Source: Verrucomicrobiota bacterium
Lineage (GTDB): Bacteria > Verrucomicrobiota > Verrucomicrobiia > Chthoniobacterales > UBA10450
Length of the DNA stretch: 64,000 nucleotides
Reading direction: 5' to 3'
Assembly (NCBI GenBank): GCA_003218395.1
Contig: QHNJ01000163.1
Coordinates: forward strand, 1,676-65,675
Position numbers and translations under genes: made by a program. Each line of letters opens with the position of its first letter. Position 1 is the stretch's first letter. Under the pieces are notes generated by a model. The model was not told the DNA's origin and made no database searches. It saw only the letters and a list, made by a program, of their open reading frames with translations. Below are positions 37,986 to 47,842 of the stretch, one piece after another.

Positions 37986-38411
37986 ATGCCATTGATGCCA
38001 AAACGCGTGAAGTATCGAAAGTCCCAGCGAGGAAGTCGCAAGGGAACGGCTTCGCGCAACCTAAGAATTGACTTTGGCGAGTTTGGTTTGCAGACGCTAG
38101 AGCGGGCCTGGATCACCAACACGCAGCTGGAAGCGGCACGTGTGGCCCTGACGCGGAATATGAAGCGCAAAGGCAAATTGTGGATCCGCATTTTCCCCGA
38201 TAAATCAGTCACGGCACGCCCGCCGGAAACGCGCATGGGCAAAGGCAAAGGCCAGCCCGAGTTCTGGGTCGCCACCGTGCGACCGGGCAACATTTTGTTT
38301 GAGCTAGACGGAGTGCCTGAATCGGTCGCGCGCGAATCTCTGCGACTGGCTGCGGATAAATTGCCCGTGCGCACGAAGTTCCTGAGCCGGCACCATGTGG
38401 CCGCCGCCTAA
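37986..38411 (+). CDS. rplP: 50S ribosomal protein L16
   Basis: M.PKR.KYRK.Q.G...G.A......FG.FGL......[38 protein letters not shown]. Confidence 0.95.
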   Translation: MPLMPKRVKYRKSQRGSRKGTASRNLRIDFGEFGLQTLERAWITNTQLEAARVALTRNMKRKGKLWIRIFPDKSVTARPPETRMGKGKGQPEFWVATVRPGNILFELDGVPESVARESLRLAADKLPVRTKFLSRHHVAAA

Positions 38412-38417
38412 CGAGCC

Positions 38418-38621
38418 ATGAAAATGAAAGAAATTGTTGAAATGAGTACGGACGAGTTGCTAACGAAGAGACGCGACTTGCGCCAAGAGAGCCTGCATCT
38501 GCGTTTGCAACAGCAGAGTGGCCAGCTCGAGCAGCCAAGCAGGTTGCGTTTGCTGCGGCGCGACGTTGCTCGGATTGAGACAGTGCTCTCGCAGCGCGCG
38601 AGACAGACCGAAAAACAGTAA
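38418..38621 (+). CDS. rpmC: 50S ribosomal protein L29
   Basis: 67 aa; ...ELR.....EL......L..E...LR.Q...GQLE....LR..RRD.ARI.TVL. Its position after rplP supports the call. Confidence 0.9.
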   Translation: MKMKEIVEMSTDELLTKRRDLRQESLHLRLQQQSGQLEQPSRLRLLRRDVARIETVLSQRARQTEKQ

Positions 38622-38625
38622 ATTT

Positions 38626-38925
38626 ATGACCGAGCAACAACAATCGCCTCCTCAAGTGCCGCCGCAGCCTGTGCCCGTCGCCCGCGGTGCGCGCAAGACG
38701 CGGACTGGCGAGGTGACTTCTAGCAGCATGAACAAAACGATTGTCGTGCGGACCGTCACGCGGGTGCCGCATCCCAAGTTCGGCAAGATTGTCAAACAGA
38801 TGCAAAAATTTTATGCGCACGACGAGCAGAACGCAGCAAAAACCGGCGATACGGTTCGGATCATGGAGACGCGGCCGCTGAGTAAGCTGAAGCGCTGGCG
38901 CTTGGTAAAGGTTATCCAAAAATAA
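38626..38925 (+). CDS. rpsQ: 30S ribosomal protein S17 (Pro/Gln-rich N-terminal extension)
   Basis: G.V.S..M.KTIVV......HPK.GK.V....K...HDE.N....GD.V.I.ETRPLSK.K.W.LV. Confidence 0.92.
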   Translation: MTEQQQSPPQVPPQPVPVARGARKTRTGEVTSSSMNKTIVVRTVTRVPHPKFGKIVKQMQKFYAHDEQNAAKTGDTVRIMETRPLSKLKRWRLVKVIQK

Positions 38926-38959
38926 CTTCGAAATGACTTGCGAGTAAATTGTCGATCTT

Positions 38960-39325
38960 ATGGTGCAACTTCGATCCAGACTTGATGTGGCAGACAACAG
39001 TGGTGCGCGCATGGCGACCATGATCGGCGTGATCGGCAAGTCCACGCGTTACGCCGGAATCGGCGATGTGATCACAGCGAATGTGAAGGAAGCAAGTGCG
39101 ACTGGGACAGTAAAGAAGGGCGAAGTCGTGCGTGCGGTTCTCGTTCGCACGAAACAACCGATTCGGCGCGATGATGGTTCTCTGCTGCGCTTCGACAACA
39201 ATGCGATTGTGATTATCGACAAAGATTTGAATCCGCGCGGCACGCGCATTTTTGGGCCGGTGGCCCGCGAATTGCGCGAGCGCAATTTCATGAAAATTGT
39301 CTCGCTGGCTCCGGAGGTTTTATGA
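38960..39325 (+). CDS. rplN: 50S ribosomal protein L14
   Basis: M.Q..S.L.VADNSGA.......V.G......A..GD.I...VK.A.....VKKGEVV.AV.VRT....RR.DGS..RFD.NA.V.I. Confidence 0.95.
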   Translation: MVQLRSRLDVADNSGARMATMIGVIGKSTRYAGIGDVITANVKEASATGTVKKGEVVRAVLVRTKQPIRRDDGSLLRFDNNAIVIIDKDLNPRGTRIFGPVARELRERNFMKIVSLAPEVL

Positions 39326-39615
39326 ACCGGCTTAAGTGTCACGTGAGAAAAGGGGACCATGTCGAGGTCATCTCGGGGAATTTCCGGGGCTCTTCAGGAA
39401 AAATTCTGGCGGTATTTCCACAAAAGCAGCGTGTTTTGGTCGAAGGCGTACGCATTATCAAGAAGCACCTCCGGAAATCGCAGGACAATCCGAGTGGCAA
39501 AATCGCGGAGCGGGAGGGCCCGATTCATATTTCTAATGTGAAATTAATCGAGCGCGACGGAAAGCCTGTGAAAGCCGCGGAATCGAAGGCGAAAAAAGAC
39601 AAAAGGAAAAGTTAG
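39322..39615 (+). CDS. rplX: 50S ribosomal protein L24
   Basis: KOW motif ...VRKGD.V.VISG...G..GK.L.V.....RV.VEGV...KKH. Confidence 0.9.
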   Translation: MNRLKCHVRKGDHVEVISGNFRGSSGKILAVFPQKQRVLVEGVRIIKKHLRKSQDNPSGKIAEREGPIHISNVKLIERDGKPVKAAESKAKKDKRKS

Positions 39616-39633
39616 ATGACAGCCTGTTGAAAA

Positions 39634-40206
39634 ATGGAAAACGAATTTTATCGACATTACAAAGAACGCGTGATGCCGGCGCTGAAAGAGCTCCATGGCT
39701 ACAAAAACGTCCACCAGATTCCGAAGGTCGACAAAGTCGTGATTAACACTTCAGTTGGCTCGCAATCGGACGTGAAGCAGGCGCTGGAGGAGGCAAAGGC
39801 GGAACTTGCCTTGATCACGGGACAGCGCCCGGTGGAAACTTTGGCGAAGAGAAGCATTTCCAACTTCAAGTTGCGAAAGTCGCAGGCAATTGGCGCGAAG
39901 GTGACCTTGCGTGGCGAACGCATGTACGAGTTTCTCGAGCGCTTCATCAAAGCAGCGCTCCCCCGCATTCGTGATTTTCGCGGCGTGTCGCCGCGCTGTT
40001 TTGATAAGCATGGCAACTACACGCTGGGAATTTCGGATCAGTCGATCTTTCCCGAAGTCGAGCTCGATAAAATCAAGCGCAACATTGGATTTGATGTTAC
40101 AATTGTCACCACGGCACGGACGGACGAGGAAGCCAAGTCGCTCTTAAGCGAAATGGGAATGCCGTTCAGCGACCGGGCGAGGAAGCCCGCCGCGCAACCC
40201 GCCTGA
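39634..40206 (+). CDS. rplE: 50S ribosomal protein L5
   Basis: Y.......L......N.HQ.PK..KVVIN..VG..........A...L..ITGQ.P......KSI..FKLR......G.KVTLRG.RMYEFL.R.I..ALPR.RDFRG. Confidence 0.95.
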   Translation: MENEFYRHYKERVMPALKELHGYKNVHQIPKVDKVVINTSVGSQSDVKQALEEAKAELALITGQRPVETLAKRSISNFKLRKSQAIGAKVTLRGERMYEFLERFIKAALPRIRDFRGVSPRCFDKHGNYTLGISDQSIFPEVELDKIKRNIGFDVTIVTTARTDEEAKSLLSEMGMPFSDRARKPAAQPA

Positions 40207-40211
40207 TTTTC

Positions 40212-40610
40212 ATGAGTACTGTTACTGATCCTATTGCTGATTTTCTGGCGCGCGTCCGCAACGGCACGCGTGCGCAAAAGCCGGAGGTTTTCGTTCCGTA
40301 CTCGAAGATCAAGGCGGAGATTTCCCGCATCTTAAAGGACGAAGGCTACATCTCCGATTATTCGATCGACACGAGCGCTGCGCATCCGCGCATTAAGATC
40401 ATAAACAAAATAGTGAGCCGCTCGAGCGCGATTGCAGGGCTGCGACGCGTGAGCCGGCCGGGATTGCGCCGGTACGTCGGTGCGCACGAAATCCCTCGAG
40501 TGCTCGGTGGAATGGGTTTGGCGATTCTTTCCACCTCGCGCGGCATTTTATCGGGGCGCGAAGCAAGGAAGCACAAGGTCGGCGGCGAACTACTTGCCTA
40601 CGTTTGGTAA
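40212..40610 (+). CDS. rpsH: 30S ribosomal protein S8
   Basis: DPIAD.L.R.RN.......V..P.SK.K..I..IL..EGYI.....; ...PGLR.Y...........GG.G..I.STS.G....EAR...VGGE.L.YVW. Confidence 0.95.
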   Translation: MSTVTDPIADFLARVRNGTRAQKPEVFVPYSKIKAEISRILKDEGYISDYSIDTSAAHPRIKIINKIVSRSSAIAGLRRVSRPGLRRYVGAHEIPRVLGGMGLAILSTSRGILSGREARKHKVGGELLAYVW

Positions 40611-40615
40611 ATTTT

Positions 40616-41155
40616 ATGTCACGAATCGGAAATAAAGCGGTTGAGATTCCCGACAAAGTCAGAGTCAGCATCGACAATAACGGGGAGGTTTCAGTGGAAG
40701 GCCCTAAGGGAAAGTTGAGCTGGAAGCTGCCGTGCGACATCAAGGCAAGCGTCAAGGACAATCGCGTTTCGCTCGTGCGCGAGGCGGAGACGCGCAGCGT
40801 GAAAGCGTTGCACGGACTTTCACGGAGCCTCGTTCACAACATGGTGCAAGGCGTGAGCGAGGGTTTCAGCAAGGAACTCGAGATCGAAGGAGTCGGTTTC
40901 AAGGCTGCAGTGCAGGGATCGACGCTTAATTTGAGTCTCGGTTTCTCACATCCGATTCCATTTTCGATTCCGAAAGACATTAAAATTACAGTCGCGGATA
41001 ACACAAAGATTGCGATCCAGGGCGTCGACAAAAAATTAGTTGGCCAAGTGGCGGCGGACATCCGCCGTTTTTACCGGCCGGAACCGTACAAGGGCAAAGG
41101 CGTCCGGTACGCAGGCGAGCAAATTCGTCGCAAGGTGGGCAAAACCGTTCAGTAA
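40616..41155 (+). CDS. rplF: 50S ribosomal protein L6
   Basis: MSRIG.K...IP..V.V......V.V.GPKG.L; ...GVGF.A...G..L.L.LGFSHP; ...R....PEPYKGKG.RY.GE...RK.GK. Confidence 0.95.
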   Translation: MSRIGNKAVEIPDKVRVSIDNNGEVSVEGPKGKLSWKLPCDIKASVKDNRVSLVREAETRSVKALHGLSRSLVHNMVQGVSEGFSKELEIEGVGFKAAVQGSTLNLSLGFSHPIPFSIPKDIKITVADNTKIAIQGVDKKLVGQVAADIRRFYRPEPYKGKGVRYAGEQIRRKVGKTVQ

Positions 41156-41157
41156 AT

Positions 41158-41520
41158 ATGGCGACGACTCGTAAAGCGGCCCGGCAGCGCGTTCACCGAC
41201 GGATCCGGAAGAAAGTTGCTGGCACGGCGGAACGGCCGCGGCTAGCGGTTCATTTCTCCGGGAAACACATTTACGCGCAAGTTATCGACGATGGTGCTGG
41301 TCGCACGCTGATCGCTGCATCGACGGCTGAGCGTTCGCTGGTGGGGACTAATAAATCCGCCGCCAACCGCGCCGCAGCGGAACAGATCGGCAAAACGATT
41401 GCGGAACGTCTGCTCGAAAAGGAACTCGATCGAGTGGTTTTTGATCGCGGCGGGTTTCTTTATCACGGAAAGGTTAAAGCTTTGGCGGATGCAGCGCGCG
41501 CAAGCGGTTTAAAATTTTAA
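41158..41520 (+). CDS. rplR: 50S ribosomal protein L18
   Basis: R..RH.RIRKK..GT.ERPRL.V..S..HIYAQ.IDD..G.TL..AST.E........N...A...G..IAER......D.VVFDRGG..YHG.VKALADAAR..GL.F. Confidence 0.95.
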   Translation: MATTRKAARQRVHRRIRKKVAGTAERPRLAVHFSGKHIYAQVIDDGAGRTLIAASTAERSLVGTNKSAANRAAAEQIGKTIAERLLEKELDRVVFDRGGFLYHGKVKALADAARASGLKF

Positions 41521-41523
41521 TTC

Positions 41524-42084
41524 ATGGCACAAACGACTTCAGGCAGGCGACCGGATCGCACCGCAGACAGGAGTCCCGCGGCAAGGGGGGATACGACCGA
41601 GAAAGTCGTTTTCATCAATCGCTGCGCGAAGGTGGTCAAGGGCGGCCGGCGCTTTAGCTTCAGCGCATTGATCGTGGCCGGAGATCACGATGGAAAAGTC
41701 GGCTGCGGATTTGGCAAGGCGAACGAAGTCTCGGAAGCGATTCGAAAGGCCTCTGAGGCGGCGCGCAAGTCGATGGAAAAAGTCTCATTACGCGAAAATA
41801 CAATCCCGCATGAGACAATCGGCGAGTACGGAGGTGGGCGCGTTTTGTTACGGCCCGCTTCGCCCGGCACTGGCGTGATTGCCGGTGGGGGAGTCCGCGC
41901 GGTGGTTGAAGCAGCTGGTATTCGCGATGTGCTTGCGAAGTCGCTTGGCTCAAGCAATCACGCAAACGTTGTGAAAGCGACGATAGCCGCGTTGCGATCG
42001 CTTCGCCGGCGCGACGAAATTTTCAAAGTGCGTGGCATTCGGTCCAGCGACGGAAAGGGCGAACAGCATGATGCGTCTTCATAA
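41524..42084 (+). CDS. rpsE: 30S ribosomal protein S5
   Basis: [33 protein letters not shown]...A....; ...AGGG.RAV.E.AGI.DVL.KSLGS.N. Confidence 0.95.
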   Translation: MAQTTSGRRPDRTADRSPAARGDTTEKVVFINRCAKVVKGGRRFSFSALIVAGDHDGKVGCGFGKANEVSEAIRKASEAARKSMEKVSLRENTIPHETIGEYGGGRVLLRPASPGTGVIAGGGVRAVVEAAGIRDVLAKSLGSSNHANVVKATIAALRSLRRRDEIFKVRGIRSSDGKGEQHDASS

Positions 42085-42679
42085 TTTACGGCCGCGTCCA
42101 GGGTCACGGCATCGGGTCAAGCGGCTCGGCTGTGGTGAAAGCTCAGGGCACGGAAAGACCAGCGGGAAAGGCCATAAAGGACAAAAAGCGCGATCCGGCG
42201 GCAGCATTCGGCTTGGGTTCGAGGGCGGGCAAATGCCGCTGATTCGACGATTGCCGAAGCGTGGATTTAACAATGCCGCTTTTCACAAGCACTATGCGAT
42301 TGTGAATCTTGGTGACCTCAGTGCATTCAAGGCCGGAACAGTCGTGAACGAGCAATTGCTGCGGCGAGCGAACCTAGTGCGTGGTCATTTCGTTGGAATC
42401 AAAATCCTTGGCGATGGTGAATTGAAGCACGGTCTGACGGTTGAAGCCGATAAGGTTAGCGCGGCAGCCCAGGAAAAAATCGAGAAGGCCGGCGGAACCA
42501 TCACCTTACGCGATGGGCGAGCGGCAAAGCCAACCGCCTCGCATGAAATCGTCGATCTTACGTCGCAGGAAGCTCCGGCGGCGGAAGCAGCGCCCGCGGC
42601 GGCCATGAAGAAAAGATCGACGAGCAAACCGAAAACAAGGGCGCGAGCACCAATAAAGAAAACGTCGCGGGAGAGGTAG
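42068..42679 (+). CDS. rplO: 50S ribosomal protein L15 (about 60-aa Ala/Lys-rich C-terminal extension)
   Basis: L..L.P.PGS...[41 protein letters not shown]. Overlaps the rpsE stop. No rpmD lies between rpsE and rplO. Confidence 0.92.
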   Translation: MMRLHNLRPRPGSRHRVKRLGCGESSGHGKTSGKGHKGQKARSGGSIRLGFEGGQMPLIRRLPKRGFNNAAFHKHYAIVNLGDLSAFKAGTVVNEQLLRRANLVRGHFVGIKILGDGELKHGLTVEADKVSAAAQEKIEKAGGTITLRDGRAAKPTASHEIVDLTSQEAPAAEAAPAAAMKKRSTSKPKTRARAPIKKTSRER

Positions 42680-42711
42680 CTTCCCGGCGCGCGATGTTCC
42701 AAATTTAGCGG

Positions 42712-44217
42712 ATGGTCTCGGCGTTTCTAAACACGGTTAAGATACCGGAATTGCGCCGGCGGATTTTGTTTACGCTGGCAGTGATTGTGATTGTGCGTTT
42801 AGGGGCAGCGATCACGACTCCCGGAGTCAACCAGGCGGTATTACAGGAATGGTTCCGCACTGCATCTGATAAAACTGGAGGCGGTCTCGCGGCGCTCTTC
42901 AATCTGTTCAGCGGGGGGGCGCTGGAAAACTGCGCAGTTTTTTCCCTGGGCATTATGCCTTACATCAGCGCATCGATCATGATGCAGTTGCTTACGGCGG
43001 TAATTCCGCGGCTTGGCCGGATGGCGCGTGAAGATGGTGGGCGGCAAAAGATCATGCAGTTGACGCGTTACGCGACGGTCGTGCTGTGCATTTTCCAAGG
43101 TTATTTGCTGGCAGTGTCATTTCAGCACCCCGAATCGTATCATACGATGCTGCCGGGAATCACTGACACGATCAGGAACCTCGGAATTCCGCTGGTGGAA
43201 GACCTTGGCTGGACGTTTCGCATCGTAACGGTGATTTCCCTGACGACCGGCACACTTTTATTGATGTGGCTGGGCGATCAAATCACCGAGCGCGGCATTG
43301 GCAACGGAATCTCGCTTATCATCACCATTGGCATTGTCGCGCGTCTGCCCGCTGCATTGGCACAAGCGTGGAAGACCTTTGTGCCCTCGGCGCAGACCGG
43401 GTCGAGCCAGGTGAATCCAATGGTCCTGGTATTGCTGGTGTTGCTCCTGATCATAGTTATCGCGGCGGTGATCGCGATCACACAAGGCGTGCGGAAGATC
43501 ACCGTGCAGTATGCCAAGCGCGTGGTCGGTCGCAAAATGTACGGTGGACAAACGCAGTACATGCCTTTGAAAGTAAATTACGCCGGCGTGATGCCAATCA
43601 TCTTTGCCTGGGCGCTGCTTCTCTTCCCGGCGACGATTGTCCAGTACGGATTTAGAAACAGCCCCACAGCCGCGAAGATCGCAAGCGCGCTCTCCACCGG
43701 TTGGCCCCATTATGTCGCTCTCGGGGCAATGATTTTCTTCTTCAGTTATTTTTGGGTTGCCACGCAGTTTCAACCGTCGCAAATCGCGGACGACCTGAAG
43801 AAATACGGTGGTTACATTCCCGGCGTAAGGCCCGGGAAACCGACTGCGGATTTTCTCGATTTCACCATGACGCGACTCACGTTTTCCGGCGCGATCTTTC
43901 TGACGCTGATAGCGGTGCTGCCAAGTCTTCTCAGCCAGGGACTGAACGTACCAATGATCACAGCGCAATTTTTCGGCGGCACGAGCCTGTTGATCATTGT
44001 CGGGGTCATGCTCGATACCATGCGCCAGGTGGAGACACATCTAATTCAACGGCATTACGACGGCTTTTTGCGTAAGGGCCGCATTCGCGGTCGATCATTT
44101 GATCGCGCGTCCTACAGCCGCGGGGAAGCGGCGGCGGGCGGCACGCTTATGTGGCTTTATGTCGGCATCGCCGTGCTCGCTATTGCCGGGGTTGCCATTT
44201 TCCTTTACGGCCGATAG
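42712..44217 (+). CDS. secY: preprotein translocase subunit SecY (extra C-terminal hydrophobic segment)
   Basis: PELRRRILFTL..I...R.G..I..PGV; LFSGGALE...VF.LGIMPYISASI..QLL; GNGISLII; ...RQVE..L..R.Y.GFL. Confidence 0.93.
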   Translation: MVSAFLNTVKIPELRRRILFTLAVIVIVRLGAAITTPGVNQAVLQEWFRTASDKTGGGLAALFNLFSGGALENCAVFSLGIMPYISASIMMQLLTAVIPRLGRMAREDGGRQKIMQLTRYATVVLCIFQGYLLAVSFQHPESYHTMLPGITDTIRNLGIPLVEDLGWTFRIVTVISLTTGTLLLMWLGDQITERGIGNGISLIITIGIVARLPAALAQAWKTFVPSAQTGSSQVNPMVLVLLVLLLIIVIAAVIAITQGVRKITVQYAKRVVGRKMYGGQTQYMPLKVNYAGVMPIIFAWALLLFPATIVQYGFRNSPTAAKIASALSTGWPHYVALGAMIFFFSYFWVATQFQPSQIADDLKKYGGYIPGVRPGKPTADFLDFTMTRLTFSGAIFLTLIAVLPSLLSQGLNVPMITAQFFGGTSLLIIVGVMLDTMRQVETHLIQRHYDGFLRKGRIRGRSFDRASYSRGEAAAGGTLMWLYVGIAVLAIAGVAIFLYGR

Positions 44218-44877
44218 GTGAAAAGACGACTCGTTCTTCTCGGCGCGCCCGGTTCCGGCAAAGGAACCCAAGCGGAAATGATTACGCGCCAATTCGGTAT
44301 TCCCGTCACTTCACCGGGCGCGATTTTGCGCCGCGAAAAAGATCTCGGCACACCTCTGGGGCAAGAGACGGCGGAAGTGTTGCAGCGCGGCGACCTCGTT
44401 TCCGATAAAATCATTATTGAACTGATCGAAGACTGGCTGCGCTTGCACGGCGGCCATGGATTCGTCTTTGACGGTTTTCCCCGAACCCTCCCACAGGCAG
44501 AAAGTTTGATGTCGATCTTGGCGCGGCTGCGCACAGCTCTCGACCTGGCGATTTGGCTCGAAGTGTCGGAACAGACTGTGCGCGACCGTATCGCGGGCCG
44601 TCTGCAATGCGGCGCCTGCGGGTTTACCACCAGCGTTAAAAGCGCGAAATTCGCGGAGCGACCAGTTTGTCCTTATTGCGATGGACCGCTTGTGCGACGG
44701 AATGATGATGACATGGCCGTGTTGCAAAAGCGACTTTCTGAATTCGAAACGAAGACCCAGCCGCTGGCTTCCTTTTACGGCAAGATGTCGATCTTGCATC
44801 GAATTGACGGCAACCGCGATCGCGAGACGGTCTTCAGCGATATCTCGCGCCTAATCGAAGGCAAAGCCTCGGCATGA
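44218..44877 (+). CDS. adk: adenylate kinase (zinc-lid type)
   Basis: P-loop GAPGSGKGTQA. Lid cysteines CGACGF...CPYCDG. GTG start directly after the secY stop. Confidence 0.93.
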   Translation: MKRRLVLLGAPGSGKGTQAEMITRQFGIPVTSPGAILRREKDLGTPLGQETAEVLQRGDLVSDKIIIELIEDWLRLHGGHGFVFDGFPRTLPQAESLMSILARLRTALDLAIWLEVSEQTVRDRIAGRLQCGACGFTTSVKSAKFAERPVCPYCDGPLVRRNDDDMAVLQKRLSEFETKTQPLASFYGKMSILHRIDGNRDRETVFSDISRLIEGKASA

Positions 44878-45650
44878 TCCCGATCAAGAGCCCGAAAGAA
44901 ATTGAGAAAATGCGGCAATCATGCCGGTCCGCCAGCGATATTCTCGACCGGATCAGGGAGCTGGTTCGCCCCGGAATTACGACCAAGGAAGTCGATGAAG
45001 CGGCTGCGGACTTCATGAGCGAAGCGCACGTCAAAAGCGCGTTTCTCGGTTATCGGCTCGGGCACCGTGTTTTTCCCGGCAACATTTGTATCTCGCTTAA
45101 CGATGAAGTGGTGCACGGCATCGGCAGCCAGCGGCGGATCCAATATGGCGATATCGTAAAGCTCGATATCGGCGTGATTCGGGATGGTTGGGTAGGCGAT
45201 AACGCGACGACTGTGCCGGTTGGAATCGTTGATGAACGGACGGACCAGTTGCTGCGGGTGACGGAAAATGCGCTCGCCCGCGCAATCGGTGTTGCTTATG
45301 AAGGCCGGCGTGTCGGCGACATCTGCGCAGAAATTGAAGACGAAGCACGGCGCTTTGGCTTTTCAGTCGTACGCGAATTTGTTGGCCACGGGGTGGGGCG
45401 AAAAATGCACGAAGAGCCACAGATTCCCAATTACGGCAAACGCGGCAGCGGCCCAAAGTTGAAAGCTGGGATGACGCTGGCAATTGAACCGATGATTAAT
45501 ATCGGAGTATCCGATGTGAGATTGCTCGAGGACGGGTGGACTGTGCGCACAGCGGATGGACTGCCATCGGCCCATTTCGAGCACACTGTCCTGGTCACAA
45601 AGGGTGAGCCGGAAATCCTGACATGGCGCGCAAAGACGCAATTGAAGTAG
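44874..45650 (+). CDS. map: methionine aminopeptidase, type I
   Basis: KS..EI.KMR.......; metal ligands in D.GV..DGW.GD, GHG.G...HE.P, .L.IEPM and FEHT. Confidence 0.93.
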   Translation: MIPIKSPKEIEKMRQSCRSASDILDRIRELVRPGITTKEVDEAAADFMSEAHVKSAFLGYRLGHRVFPGNICISLNDEVVHGIGSQRRIQYGDIVKLDIGVIRDGWVGDNATTVPVGIVDERTDQLLRVTENALARAIGVAYEGRRVGDICAEIEDEARRFGFSVVREFVGHGVGRKMHEEPQIPNYGKRGSGPKLKAGMTLAIEPMINIGVSDVRLLEDGWTVRTADGLPSAHFEHTVLVTKGEPEILTWRAKTQLK

Positions 45651-45841
45651 AAGGCACGGTCGTCGAGTTGCTGCCCAATACAATGTTTCGCGTTGAGCTG
45701 GCCAATGGCCATCGTGTTCTCGCGCATATTTCCGGGAAAATGCGGTTGCACTTCATTCGGATCTTGCCAGGCGACAAAGTTATGCTAGAGATTTCACCCT
45801 ACGATTTGTCGAAAGGGCGAATTACCTATCGCCAAAAATGA
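45623..45841 (+). CDS. infA: translation initiation factor IF-1
   Basis: [36 protein letters not shown]...IRILPGD.V..E.SPYDL.KGRI.YR. Confidence 0.95.
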   Translation: MARKDAIEVEGTVVELLPNTMFRVELANGHRVLAHISGKMRLHFIRILPGDKVMLEISPYDLSKGRITYRQK

Positions 45842-45880
45842 CAACGCGGAGGCCCCTCCGCGTTTCCTATTTCGCGGATT

Positions 45881-45994
45881 ATGAAAGTACGACCATCAGT
45901 AAAAAGACTTTGTGCGAGTTGCAAGATCGTGAAGCGCAAGAACGTCGTGCGCGTGATCTGCAAAAACCCGCGCCATAAACAGCGCCAGGGATGA
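45881..45994 (+). CDS. rpmJ: 50S ribosomal protein L36
   Basis: Hand translation gives [37 protein letters not shown]. It is below the 60-aa cutoff of the ORF track. Its position is the canonical one between infA and rpsM. Confidence 0.9.
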   Translation: MKVRPSVKRLCASCKIVKRKNVVRVICKNPRHKQRQG

Positions 45995-46052
45995 AATCCA
46001 TTTAACGGGTTAACATTTAACTTTGTAACCTTGTAACTTTTTAACGAATATC

Positions 46053-46448
46053 ATGCCAAGACTACTCGGAGTTGAAATTCCAGCGGATAAACGTATTGAG
46101 GCGTCCCTAACCTATATCTACGGGATCGGCTTGAGTACGGCCAAGCGCATTCTCGAGCAAACGAACATCGACCCTAATTTGCGCGCGAAGAATCTTAGCC
46201 CGCAACAGCTGAACGAAATCATTCACGCAATCACAAACAATAAGATCAAGATTGAAGGCGATTTGCGCCGCGACGTGCAAACCAATTTGAAACGCTTGCA
46301 GGCGATCAATTGTTATCGCGGCATCCGCCACCGAAAAGGCTTGCCCGTGCGGGGGCAGCGTACATCGACAAATGCCCGGACACGCAAAGGCCCGCGCAAA
46401 ACTGTCGGCGTGATCCGAAACCCGGAAGCCAAAGCGGGCAAAGTTTAA
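46053..46448 (+). CDS. rpsM: 30S ribosomal protein S13
   Basis: [18 protein letters not shown]...A..IL.......N.......L.......I........[36 protein letters not shown]. Confidence 0.95.
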   Translation: MPRLLGVEIPADKRIEASLTYIYGIGLSTAKRILEQTNIDPNLRAKNLSPQQLNEIIHAITNNKIKIEGDLRRDVQTNLKRLQAINCYRGIRHRKGLPVRGQRTSTNARTRKGPRKTVGVIRNPEAKAGKV

Positions 46449-46460
46449 TGACTACCTAAA

Positions 46461-47129
46461 ATGGCTGAATCAAAGGACCCGACCAACGCAAATCCGGAAG
46501 AATCGGAAACGAAGAAGCCGAAATCGATGGCAGCTCGGACCGATTCGCCGGAACGCGAGACTGTGGGAACAACCGGTGAAGAGGGCGCACATGGCGACGT
46601 TTCGACAAGCGCAGGTTCTAAATTGGCAGCTCCAGAGACGGAGCCGGTAGTTAAGCCAGCCACGAAGCTTGCCAAGAGAAAAAAAGAAGAGCCAGCGCCG
46701 GTTCAAGCGGCACGGGAAAGCCTTTCACTGTCGTCGGACGAGATTGACAAGCCAAAGGTCGTCAAGGCTAAAGGCAGCAAGAATATTCATTCGGGCATTG
46801 CCCACGTTCTTTCGACGTTTAACAACACAATCGTGACGATCACCGACATGAAAGGCAGCGTGATTGGTTGGTCGAGCGCCGGCAAAGTCGGCTTTAAAGG
46901 CTCGCGCAAAAGCACCGCCTACGCAGCGCAGATGGTCGCGCAAGATGCTTCGCGACAAGCGATGGGCCACGGGCTGAAAGAAGTGGAAGTTTTGGTAAAA
47001 GGGCCCGGGGCAGGACGCGAATCGGCGGTACGAGCTTTGCAGGCAATCGGGCTCGATCTCACGGTTATTCGCGATGTTACTCCCATGCCACATAACGGCT
47101 GTCGCCCGCCAAAACAACGCCGCGTCTAA
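46461..47129 (+). CDS. rpsK: 30S ribosomal protein S11 with a low-complexity N-terminal extension of about 95 aa
   Basis: Core: [43 protein letters not shown]....R.A...G...V.V.VKGPG.GRESA.RAL...GL....[17 protein letters not shown]. No in-frame ATG/GTG/TTG lies closer to the core. Confidence 0.88.
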   Translation: MAESKDPTNANPEESETKKPKSMAARTDSPERETVGTTGEEGAHGDVSTSAGSKLAAPETEPVVKPATKLAKRKKEEPAPVQAARESLSLSSDEIDKPKVVKAKGSKNIHSGIAHVLSTFNNTIVTITDMKGSVIGWSSAGKVGFKGSRKSTAYAAQMVAQDASRQAMGHGLKEVEVLVKGPGAGRESAVRALQAIGLDLTVIRDVTPMPHNGCRPPKQRRV

Positions 47130-47168
47130 TGCTCTCAACTCTCAACTAACAACTCTCAACGTTCCGCA

Positions 47169-47780
47169 ATGGGTAGATACACAGGACCAAAAACGAGAGT
47201 GAGCCGGCGCTATGGGGTGCCGATTTTCGGTTTCTCCAAGGCATTGGAGCGGAAAAATTATCCTCCAGGCATGCATGGCCCGAGAGGTTCCCGGCGCAAA
47301 CAATCGGAGTACGCGATTGCGCTCGGCGAAAAACAAAAGCTGCGTTATCAATATGGGCTTCTCGAGCGGCAATTTCGGAGGATTTTCGAGAAGGCGCTGC
47401 AGAAGCGCGGTGTGACAGGTGAAACACTTCTTCAACTATTGGAGACGCGTATCGATAATGTCGTTTACCGACTTGGCTTGGCCAACACGCGCAGCGCGGC
47501 TCGCCAGCTCGTGTCGCATGGCCACGTGCTCGTGAACGGGCGCAGCGTGAATGTCGCTTCCTACAATGTGAAGGCAGGCGACGAAATCACGATCAAAGAT
47601 AAACCTAAATCGCGCCAGCTGGTGTTGCGTAACCTTGATCTGACGCAAATCGTTCCCGTGCCCGACTGGCTCACAGTCGATCGCGACGCGCTCAGCGGCA
47701 AAGTCGCGCACATTCCGTCGCGAGAAGAGATGCAGCCGATCGTAAACGAACAGCTCATCGTCGAGCTGTATTCGCGGTAA
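47169..47780 (+). CDS. rpsD: 30S ribosomal protein S4
   Basis: MGRYTGPK...SRR.G; ...SEYA..L.EKQKLR..YG..ERQFR; S4 RNA-binding domain LE.R.DNVVYR.GLA.TR..ARQLVSHGH..VNG..VN..SY.V..GD.I. Confidence 0.95.
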   Translation: MGRYTGPKTRVSRRYGVPIFGFSKALERKNYPPGMHGPRGSRRKQSEYAIALGEKQKLRYQYGLLERQFRRIFEKALQKRGVTGETLLQLLETRIDNVVYRLGLANTRSAARQLVSHGHVLVNGRSVNVASYNVKAGDEITIKDKPKSRQLVLRNLDLTQIVPVPDWLTVDRDALSGKVAHIPSREEMQPIVNEQLIVELYSR

Positions 47781-47781
47781 T

Positions 47782-47842
47782 CTGTAGCGGCGCTCTATGA
47801 GCGCCCCGAATTATGATCGGCGGTCATAGAGCGCCGCTACAG
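47782..47842. repeat. inverted doublet of GTAG+hairpin REPs directly after rpsD (possible terminator)
   Basis: CTGTAGCGGCGCTCTATGAGCGCC (47782-47805) and GGCGGTCATAGAGCGCCGCTACAG (47819-47842). Each unit contains a GGCGCTC-TAT-GAGCGCC type stem-loop. Confidence 0.8.

Noticed and set aside
42084-42084. Absence of rpmD (L30) between rpsE and rplO.
   Set aside because: L30 is missing from this position in many bacterial lineages, so it is not noteworthy on its own.
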